The notes under the pieces were generated by a model. That model made no database searches. It was given only the letters and a program-made list of their open reading frames with translations, and had not been told where the DNA came from. Positions 1-9,927 of a stretch of DNA of 64,000 bases are shown one piece after another (positions within the stretch are counted from its first letter, which is position 1; each line of letters starts with the position of its first letter). Position numbers and translations under genes: made by a program. Origin of the DNA: Mobula hypostoma (Eukaryota); assembly GCF_963921235.1 (NCBI RefSeq), contig NC_086118.1:26166001-26230000 (forward strand). The letters run 5' to 3'.

Positions 1-60
1 GACTTTTTCTTGCAAAAGGAATACAATCAGAAGCAAGAATTGGAGAAGGCTCTGTGAGAT

Positions 61-1323
61 CTCAGTGGAAGTTCTGTCAACGGTCACTTCATTAGGTACA
101 CCTGTACACCTGCTTGTTAATGCTCATCTATTCACCCAATCATGTGGCAACAACTCAATGCAAAAAAGCATGCAGACATGGTCAAGAGGTTCAGTTGTTG
201 TTCAGACCAAGCAACAGAATGGGGAAGAAATGTGACCTAAATGATTTAGACTATGGAATGATTGTTATTGCCAGATGGGGTGGTTTCAGTATCTCAGAAA
301 CTGATCTCCTGGGATTTTCACGCACAGAAGTCTCTAGAGTTTACAGAGAGAAAAAAAAATCCAGTGAGTGACAACAATCACGAGGAAATCTGCAGATGCT
401 GGAATTTCAAGCAACACACATTAAAGTTGCTGGTGAACTCAGCAGGCCAGGCAGCATCTCTAGGAAGAGGTACAGTCGATGTTTTGGGCCGAGACCTTTC
501 GTCAGGACTAACTGAAAGAAGAGCTAGTAAGAGATTAGAAAGTGGGAGGGGGAGGGGGAGTTCCAAAATGATAGGAGAAGACAGGAGGGGGAGGGATGGA
601 GCCAAGAGCTGGACAGCTGATTGGCAAAGGGGATATGAGAGGATCATGGGACAGGAGGCCCAGGGAGAAAGATAATGGGGAGGGGGGAAGCCCAGAGAAT
701 GGGCAAGGGGTATAGTGAGAGGGACAGAGGGAGAAAAAGGAGAGAGAGAAAAAGAATGTGTGTATATAAAATAATAAATAACAGATGGGGTACAAGGGGG
801 AGGTGGGCCATTATCAGAAGTTTGAGAAGTCAATGTTGGTGCTATCAGGTTGGAGGCTACCCAGACGGAATATAAGGTGTTATTCCTCCAACCTGAGTGT
901 GGCTTCATCTTGACAGTAGAGGAGGCCATGGATAGACATATCAGAATGGGAATGGGACGTGGAATTAAAATGTGTGGCCACTGGGAGATCCTGCTTTCTC
1001 TGGTGGACAGAGCGTAGGTGTTCAGCGAAACAGTCTCCCAGTCTGTGTCGGGACAGACACAGTGAGTGACAGTTCTGTAGGCAGAAATGCCTTGTTAATG
1101 AGAGGGATCAGAGGAGAATGACTATATTGGTTCATGCTTACAAGAAGGCAACAGTAACTTAAATAATCACACGTTACAACAGTGATGTGCAGAAGGCAGT
1201 CTCTGAATCTACAACACGTTGAGCCTTGAAGTGGATGGGCTACAGCAGCAAAATACCATAAATAAACACACAGTGGCCGCTTTATTAGGTACAGAAGGCA
1301 TCTAATAAAGTGGCCACTAAGTA
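61..1323 (+). mobile_element. Internally deleted Tc1/mariner remnant, interrupted by a PLE
   Basis: TIR-like 'ggtcacttcattaggtacac' and 'ctaataaagtggccact'; decayed transposase N-terminus MGKKCDLNDLDYGMIVIAR..SISET.LLGFSRT.VSRVYRE. Confidence 0.75.
374..1059 (-). mobile_element. 5'-truncated Penelope-like element (GIY-YIG C-terminus + 3' repeat)
   Basis: Homologous to 2318-2990; 12-bp TSD cagtgagtgaca at 362-373 and 1060-1071. Confidence 0.88.
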
Positions 1324-2317
1324 TATGCACTGTATTTAGTGCAACAACATCTCAATGTATTAATTCCTGTGACAGGAGGATTGTTCCATGAAAAGAAATG
1401 AGTATATACTTCATGGAGTTTAGAAGAATGGAAAGTTTTTATTAAAATTAATGATTCCAAGCGAATTTGATAGGTTTGATAATAAAGACTTGTTCTAGCT
1501 GAAATACCAGGAAGTGGATGGATGAAACTGCCATGAGTGGAGATGAGGGGTCGGTAGTGTGGTTTCAGGATAGAGTCACTCAGAAGAAGCTTCTTTATTC
1601 GAAGGATTATGAATCTCCAGAATACTGCACAGCAGCCAGCTCTCTGGTCAACTACTTCCAAGCTCGATCGACAGATTTTTGGTTATAATTTGATTTTAGG
1701 CACACAAAAATGAAGCGGGAAAATGGAGCATGAAAATCAGTGGTAATGTTGTTTTTTCAAACAAAGCAGGCCTGAAGGGCTGTACTGCCAAACCTTTTTT
1801 TTAAAACATTTTGTATATCGTGTGTTCTCTCCTGTCAACATTGACCAGTTAGCACGAGCATACCACCTAGTGGATTAGCACAAGAATAATTTCTGTTAAA
1901 AAGTACAAAAATGTGGATTTTGATGAAATCCTTGTTGTCATTGCATTGAATAGATGAAGGAGAATGGAATTCTGCATAAATCAAACACTCAGCACCATCT
2001 CATTCAAGAGAGAGAATGCTGTTTTCAAAATATGGCTCCAAACAAGGTACAGCCCTTCCTGTGCAAATTCAGATGAGTTACTCTGCACGTAAGATTCAAG
2101 AATATTGGTGCAATACCTGCTTATTTAGAATATAACATGGAGCAATCAACAGGCAAAATAAGGAGCACATTGGGGTGGGTGGGTGGAGAATAAATACGAA
2201 ACATAGACATACAGTTAAAGATCTATGTCTTGCTTTGATGCTATAAAAATACCCTGTGGAGCAGATATACTACTTGGCAGCAGTGAACTAAGGGTAAACA
2301 AGGCTTTTAAACCTGGT

Positions 2318-3777
2318 CAAACAACAGGAATTCTGCAGATGCTGGAAATTCAAGCAACACACATCAAAGTTGCTGGTGAACGCAGCAGGCCAGGCAGCAT
2401 CTTTAGGAAGAGGTGCAGTCGACGTTTCAGGCCGAGACCCTTCGTCAGGACTAACTGAAGGAAGAGTGAGTAAGGGATTTGAAAGTTGGAGGGGGAGGGG
2501 GAGATCCAAAATGATAGGAGAAGACAGGAGGGGGAGGGATGGAGCCAAGAGCTGGACAGGTGATAGGCAAAAGGGGATGCGAGAGGATCATGGGACAGGA
2601 GGTCCGGGAAGAAAGACAAGGAGCGGGGGGGACCCAGAGGATGGGCAAGAGGTATATTCAGAGGGACAGAGGGAGAAAAAGGAGAGTGAGAGAAAGAATG
2701 TGTGCATAAAAATAAGTAACAGATGGGGTACGAGGGGGAGGTGGGGCATTAGCAGAAGTTAGAGAAGTCGATGTACATACCATCAGGTTGGAGGCTACCC
2801 AGACGGAATATGAGGTGTTGTTCCTCCAACCTGAGTGTGGCTTCATCTTTACAGTAGAGGAGGCCATGGATAGACGTGTCAGAATGGGAATGGGATGTGG
2901 AATTAAAATGTGTGGCCACTGGGAGATCCTGCTTTCTCTGGCGGACAGAGCGTAGATGTTCAGCAAAGCGGTCTCCCAGTCTGCGTCGGGTCTCGCCAAT
3001 ATATAAAAGGCCACATCGGGAGCACCGGACGCAGTATATCACCCCAGTCGACTCACAGGTGAAGTGTTGCCTCACCTGGAAGGACTGTTTGGGGCCCTGA
3101 ATGGTGGTAAGGGAGGAAGTGTAAGGGCATGTGTAGCACTTGTTCCGCTTACACGGATAAGTGCCAGGAGGGAGATCAGTGGGGAGGGATGGGGGGGACG
3201 AATGGACAAGGGAGTTGCGTAGGGAGCGATCCCTGCGGAATGCAGAGAGAGAGGGGGAGGGAAAGATATGCTTAGTGGTGGGATCCCGTTGGAGGTGGCG
3301 GAAGTTACGGAGAATAATATGTTGGACCCGGAGGCTGGTGGGGTGGTAGGTGAGGACCAGGGGAACCCTATTCCTAGTGGGGTGGCGGGAGGATGGAGTG
3401 AGAGCAGATGTACGTGAAATGGGGGAGATGTGTTTAAGAGCAGAGTTGATAGTGGAGGAAGGGAAGCCCCTTTCTTTAAAAAAGGAAGACATCTCCCTCA
3501 TCCTAGAATGAAAAGCCTCATCCTGAGAGCAGATGCGGCGGAGACGGAGGAATTGCGAGAAGGGGATGGCGTTTTTGCAAGAGACAGGGTGAGAAGAGGA
3601 ATAGTCCAGATAGCTGTGAGAGTCAGTAGGCTTATAGTAGACATCAGTGGATAAGCTGTCTCCAGAGACAGAGACAGAAAGATCTAGAAAGGGGAGGGAG
3701 GTGTCGGAAATGGACCAGGTAAACTTGAGGGCAGGGTGAAAGTTGGAGGCAAAGTTAATAAAGTCAATGAGTTCTGC
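2318..3777 (-). mobile_element. 5'-truncated Penelope-like retroelement (Neptune-like): RT C-terminus/thumb, Cys linker, GIY-YIG endonuclease, 3' repeat
   Basis: Stop-free frame 3777-2749: FLDL..YYKPTD..HP..CKRNKCYTC..VIYCVRCSRCGLLYIGETRRRL..RFAEH..HF..E..LI..L..LQPDG; 7-bp TSD acctggt at 2311-2317 and 3778-3784. Confidence 0.92.
2417..2452 (-). ncRNA. Minimal type I hammerhead ribozyme (intact core)
   Basis: AGUC-CUGACGA-AGGgucucggCCU-GAAAC-GUC^-GACU; stem I AGUC/GACU, stem II AGG/CCU, loopless palindromic stem III (ACGU). Confidence 0.78.
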
Positions 3778-3964
3778 ACCTGGTGTTTTGACTACAGAGA
3801 CAGATTGGCAATATTATTGTATCAATAAGTTACAGAAATTGCTAGAAATATATATTAACAGCAAGGAAGTTGGCAACGTTAATATGACACTGGCAATGAA
3901 TAATTGTTTTTTCAATATAATACATCCCGAATTGAAAATACTTACCCTGGATGGAAATGAACAG

Positions 3965-4612
3965 CAGAATCAGAATCAGAATCAGGTTTATTATCACCGG
4001 CAGGTGTCGTGAAATCTGTTAACTTAGCAGCAGCAGTTCAATGCAATACATAATATAGAAGAAAAAATAATAATTAATAAATCAATTACAGTATACGTAT
4101 ATTGAATAGATTAAAATTGTGCAAAAAAACAGAAATAATATATATTAAAAAAGTGAGGTAGTGTTCAAGGGTTCAATGTCCATTTAGGAATTGGGTAGCA
4201 GAGGGGAGGATGCTGTTCCTGAATCGCTGAGTGTGTGTCTTCAGGCTTCTGTACGTCCTACTTGATGGTAACAGTGAGAAAAGGGCATGCCCTGGGTGTT
4301 GGAGGACCTTAATAATGGACACTGCCTTACTGAGACCCCGCTACTTGAAGACATCCTGGGTACTTTGTAGGCTCGTACCCAAGATGGAGCCGAGTAAATC
4401 TACAGCCCTTTGCATCTTCTTTTGGTACTGTGCAGTAGCTCCCTGCGCGCCCCCCCCCCCACCCCATACCAGAGAGTGATGCAGCCCGTCAGAATGCTCT
4501 CCATGGTACATCTATAGAAGTTTTCAGTGTATTTGTTGACATACCAAATCTTTTCAAACTCCGAATGAAGTATAGTCTTTGTCTTGCCTTCCTTATATCT
4601 GCATTGACAATC
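3965..4612 (-). mobile_element. Rex1/Babar-like LINE 3' fragment
   Basis: KARQRLYFIRSLKRFG / FYRCTMESILTGCITLWYG on the minus strand; (cagaat)n tail at 3965-3984. Confidence 0.75.
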
Positions 4613-5922
4613 AGTACTGTACCAATGGTTAAAAGCAGATGACCAGTCTGAAGAAACAATCTGGCACCTTTCGAGTCCTTTGCTGATATGTATATTTGAC
4701 ATTTACCAAAATAACCACCATGAAACAACTCCCTTCAGAAGCCCACTCAATTTCATTTTCAGTTTTTTGAAGAACAGGAGCTTTTTATCAGAGAACTCCA
4801 ACAGGCAGCATGCACAACAGTTTAGGGTTAGGGTTAGAGTATTGATGCAGCATGCTAATGTGCACCTTCTAAAATCAGCAGCTTTACATTAACATTCTCT
4901 GAAATACAAAGATATGGAATAGTCTATGTGACTACGTGAGAAAGCAACCACTTTTATTCAAGAAACAACCATTTGATTTCTAGTTGCAACATGTGTGCTT
5001 GGTAACGGATGGATAAATGCATTGGTCTTTTATTGTTTTTGAGCAAGTGGCAAAAAAGACACCTTTAACAACTCAGTCTCACCTGAACAGCAGACCAATC
5101 ACAAAATTTATATAAAACTGTCTTTGTTTTATCTACCGCGTGAGTTCAGCCACGCCATAGGGCTCGTTGTCTACGTTCCGCCTTCCCGAAGCTGTGTGTG
5201 ACATCATACGCACTACCATTGCGAAACGCCAGAGTCTACACTCCAGTGCATTTGTTGCAGTATCAGGAGATATCAACCATGTTTCTCTCTGGACAGCCCT
5301 ACCCACCTTCGATCAGTTTGTCAAGTGTCATACAAGAGAAATAAATCACTGGACCTCTTGTATGCCAATGTTAGAGATGCATACGATTCCACAGCTCTCC
5401 CCCCACTTGGCAGATCAGATCACAATCTGGTTCGCCTCATGCTCTTATATAAGACCAAAGTACAGCAACAGTAGTTACCACCAAGACAGTAAAGAAATAG
5501 TCTCCAGAGGCCATTGAGGCCTTGAAGGCTACTTTGAAGTTACTGATTGGAATGTGCTTTGTGAATCATATGAGGAGGACATTAATGGACTTACTAATTG
5601 TGTCACTGGCTACATCAGCTTCTGTGTGGACACTGGAATAACATCAAGGACTGTTTGCTGCTTCCCTAGCGACAAACCATGGGTCACCAGTGATCTAAAG
5701 GCTCTTCTCAACCACAAAAAGATGGCCTTTAGATCAGGGGACAGGGAGAAATTGAAACACGTGAAGAAGAAGTTAAAGGAGAAGATCAAGGTGGCCAAAG
5801 AGGAATACAGGAGAGAGCTGGAGAACAAGCTTGGGTACCACATGGCAAGTGTGGAGAGGCATGAAGATCATCACTGGCTTCAACCAGCCTAGCTGTGGAC
5901 CCTCGGAATACAGTTGTGAATT

Positions 5923-6423
5923 CCTCTACTGTAAAGATGAAGCCACACTCAGGTTGGAGGAACAACACCTCATATTCCGTCTGGGTAGCCTCCAACCTGA
6001 TGGCATGAACATCGACTTCTCTAACTTCTGCTAGGCCCCACCTCCCCCTCGTACCCCATCTGTTACTTATTTTTATGCACACATTCTTTCTCTCACTCTC
6101 CTTTTTCTCCCTCTGTCCTTCTGAATATACCTCTTGCCCATCCTCTGGGCCCCCCCCTTGTCTTTCTTCCTGGATCTCCTGTCCCATGATCCCCTCATAT
6201 CCCCTTTTGCCTATCACCTGTCCAGCTCTTGGCTCCATCCCTCCCCCTCCTGTCTTCTCCTATCATTTTGGATCTCCCCCTCCCCCTCCAACTTTCAAAT
6301 CCCTTACTCACTCTTCCTTCAGTTAGTCCTGACGAAGGGTCTCGGCCTGAAACGTCGACTGCGCCTCTTCCTATAGATGCTGCCTGGCCTGCTGCATTCA
6401 CCAGCAACTTTGATGTGTGTTGC
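5923..6423 (+). mobile_element. PLE 3' fragment nested in the Rex1-like LINE
   Basis: YCKDEATLRLEEQHLIFRLGSLQPDGMNIDFSNFC* plus 3' repeat; near-identical reverse complement of about 2355-2860. Confidence 0.88.
6325..6360 (+). ncRNA. Minimal type I hammerhead ribozyme (intact core)
   Basis: agtc ctgacga agggtctcggcct gaaac gtc gact, identical to the copy at 2417-2452. Confidence 0.78.
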
Positions 6424-7296
6424 ATGAGTTAAACCAATGGGTTTTGCAATTGCCCTCTTGTATTCACACCCCTCTCGGCACAACAGTCCAGGTGCCGAGG
6501 CACCAATGCTCCCTCAGCACCAACACCTCCCCTCCTCCCTGCTCCCCCTTCAGATCAACACGTAGATGAACAACACAGGCTACAACCGTCTACATCCCCT
6601 CCTCATCCCGTAGCTACTGTCCACACCTCCACATACTAACTGCTATCGTCCCAATCTTCACCTTCACCCCCACTGATCTCCACCTTCCACCAACTCCCCA
6701 GTCATCATGGACTCACCTTCACTACTAAGCACATGAGAAGGGCTCTGGGGAAGCTCAGACATGGCAAAGCATTGGGACCGGATGCTGGGAACCCCCCAGG
6801 TCCTGAAAGAGTGGACTGAGCAGCTATATGGAGTTCTCCAATGCATTTTCAGTTTGAGTCTCAGCCTGGAAATGGTCTTGACTGTGTGGAAAACATCGTG
6901 TGTGGTCCCATTGCCCAACGAGGGCCAACTGAAAATCTTGAATGACTACCGTCCAGTGGCCCTAACCTCACACATCATGAAGACCCAAGAGAGGTTGGTC
7001 TTGGCTCACCTCCAACCCCTGGTCAGATTAGACCTTGATCCCATGCAGTTTGCCTAACTGCAGCACACTGGAGTCAACAATGCTGCCATCTGCCTGCTGA
7101 ACAGAGCCTACTCCCATTTAGATAAGCAGGGCAGCACTGTGGGGATCATTTTTTTGATTTCTCAAGTGCCTTCAATACTATATTGGTTCCCTTCCTGCTT
7201 ATCCTGTAAACTTCAGACTTTAGGTAAAACACTGAGTCACATACTTTAGGTAAAACACCGGACCTCTTGTGTGCAAATGTTAAAGATGAAAGATGT

Positions 7297-7813
7297 CATT
7301 ACAGGAAAGATGTCAACAAAATTGAGAGAGTACAGAGAAGATTTACTAGAACGTTACCTGGGTTTCACCTCCTAAGTTACAGAGAAAGGTTGAACAAGTT
7401 GGGTCTTTATTCTTTGGAGCGTAGAAGGTTGAGGGGGGACTTGATAGAGGCATTTAAAATTATGAGGGGGATAGATAGAGTTGACGTGGATAGGCTTTTT
7501 CCATTGAGAGTTGGGGAGATTCAAACAAGAGGACATGAGTTGAGAGTTAAAGGGCAAAAGTTTAGGGGTAACATGAGGGGGAACTTCTTTACTTAGAGAG
7601 TGGTAGCTGTGTGGAGCAAGCTTCCAGCAGAAGTGGTGAGGCAGGTTCAATGTTGTCATTTGAAGTTAAATTGGACAGCTATATGGACAGGAAAGGAATG
7701 GAGGGTTATGGACTGAGTGCAGGTTGGTGGGACTAGGTGAGAGTGAGAGTTCAGCATGGACTAGAAGGGCCAAGATGGCCTGTTTCCGTGCTGTAATTTT
7801 ATATGGTTATATG
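7297..7813 (+). mobile_element. CR1 LINE 3' fragment nested in the Rex1-like LINE
   Basis: HYRKDVNKIERVQRRFTR..LYSLERRRLRGDLIE.FKIMRG; atatggtt tail. Confidence 0.88.
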
Positions 7814-9613
7814 ACATCTACAGAAATCCTCTGATGACTCAGCAATAGTTGGGTGTGCAAAGGGGGGGGGGACAGAAGGATGAATACAGGGCCCTGGTGG
7901 AGGACTTTGTCAAATGGTGCAAGCTGAATTATCTGCAGTTCAACATCAGTAAGACAAGGGAGATAGTGATGGACTTTATGAAGGCTCAGTCTGCTCTGCT
8001 CCCTGTTACTACTGATGGTGAAGACGTGGATGTGATGAGGACCTACAAGTACCTGGAGGTGCACCTAGATGACAGACTTGAGTGGAGCACCAACAAGAAG
8101 GGCCAGAGGTGCTGCCTCTATTTCATGAGGAGACTGAGGTCCTTTGGAGTATCCAGGCCTCTTCTTCATGGTTCTAACAGTCTGTTGTTGCCAGTACAAT
8201 CTATGCGGTGGTGTGCTGGGGCAATGGCATCAACACGGGTGATGCCAACAGGCTCAATAAACCAATTAGAAAGTCTGGTTCTGTTATGGAAATCAACCTG
8301 GACACACTGGAGGCTGTGGTAGAACAAAGGACCCTATGGAAAATCCTGGCAATCCTGGACAATGTTTCTCACCCTCTGCATGCCACCTTGGCTGAACAGA
8401 GAAGCACTATTAGTAATAGACTAAGACATCTGTGCTGCTCCAAAGAGCGCTATCTGAGGTTATTCTTGCCTTCGGCCACTAGGCTCCATAATGAGTCAAC
8501 CCATAGCCAGAGAAGTGATTACTCCTCCTGTTAGACTGTTTGTGGTAACTTGTTTTATTCTTTATTAATTCTTTTCTAATATTTGTATGTCTGTGAAATT
8601 CCCATGCCACTGTGATACTGTAATTTCCTTTGGGATCAATAAAGTTTCTATCTAGCTCCCTAAACCACCACTGAAACCAGGAGAGCCTTACATCCATTCC
8701 TTCGAATTCCTTTATGTCAAGCTTAGCAAGTGGAACAAGTATGGCAGAATACATAAAACACAAGGAGGAAGCCCAGTACCACACCACATGGATACTTTTC
8801 CCCGTCCAGAAGTGAAACATCAGAGCTTGTGTAAGCAGAATGTTTCACTGAAAAACATTCGTAAGATGGAGTAGTTCATGAAGAATCGTCAAAAACTATT
8901 ATCGTGCACAACAACCAAAGTAGGCTTGTTGGACAAGCTTAATTCTCCATCTGGTGTGTTACTTGCACTCAATTCACCTTTATTCATGAGTTAATTAATC
9001 TTAATTAAAAAGTAATGCTAAGGTCGACTTGGAGTGTGCCATTGGTCCATTAAGCCTATTTCATGGAAGTTAAATGTGCAGAGCTGAGTCTTTTCAACTT
9101 TGTACTATCTAAATAGTAGAATGGGTACCAGGATGTGTTGATATGTAGACCTAGCTAGATCAAACTGTTTAATTCTTAGATCATGTTATTTAATTGTTAT
9201 TTTCTTTGCAGTTTAATGATTAGTTATCTACTTGTATTTTAGGTAGTTCTTATATGTATATAACAGTTTAATATGACTCTAGTGGTTATGTTGGTATAAT
9301 TCTGGAAGCGTCTCTCGGTACTGCGTTATTTGAATAAGTGCTTTCTCATTGGTTAACTTACATCTACATATTTGAATGGAATTTTCCTTATTTATATAGC
9401 ATAAAAGAGTTGCTCCATGCTGGACCTCATCTTCTTAGTTCTTCCATCTCTTTCTCTCTCTCTTGGCTTAGCAAACACCTATCACATACCGCTTCAATTT
9501 TTCTTAATAAAACAATCGTTCATAAAATGATCATGAAGTAACAGGTTTGTGCCTCTTTTTTGGCTTCTAAAAGAACTTTGAATTAAAACATCAGAATCCA
9601 ACAAGCTCTAGAT

Positions 9614-9927
9614 CAAAAACGCAAACACGAGGAAATCTGCAGATGCTGGAAATTCAAGCAACACACCTATGATCCCGTCCCATGATCCTCTCCCTTCTCC
9701 AGCCTCGTATCCCTTTTGCCAATCAACCTTCCAGCTCTTAGCTCCATCCCTCCCCCTCCTGTCTTCTCCTATCATTTCGGATCACCCCCTCCCCTGCCAC
9801 TTTCAAATCTCTTACTATCTCCTCTTTCAGTTAGTCCTGATGAAGGGTCTCGGCCCGAACCGTTGACTGTACCTCTTCCTATAGATGCTGTCTGGCCTGC
9901 TGCGTTCATCAGCATTTTTTATGTGTG
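9614..9927. mobile_element. Short inverted PLE 3'-end insertion
   Basis: Minus-strand terminal tail 9614-9666 joined to a plus-strand 3' repeat 9667-9927; 11-bp TSD aagctctagat. Confidence 0.8.

Larger units (their letters stand above)
5130..8654 (+). mobile_element. Decayed Rex1/Babar-like LINE (AP endonuclease end + RT), host to nested PLE and CR1 insertions
   Basis: GDINH..SDH endonuclease motifs; KPWVTSDLKALL; NDYRPVALTSHIMKT.ERLVL; DPMQFA; LQFNISKTREIVMDF; 3' gggatcaataaagtttctatcta; many frameshifts. Confidence 0.82.

Noticed and set aside
262..929. Recurrent short ORFs (MAPSLPLLSSPIILDLPLP.., MLVNAAGQAASLGRG..) at several loci
   Set aside because: Alternative-frame translations of the PLE 3' repeat; they recur because the repeat does.
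4822..4839. TTAGGG-like run
   Set aside because: Only two perfect units; too short to call an interstitial telomere.
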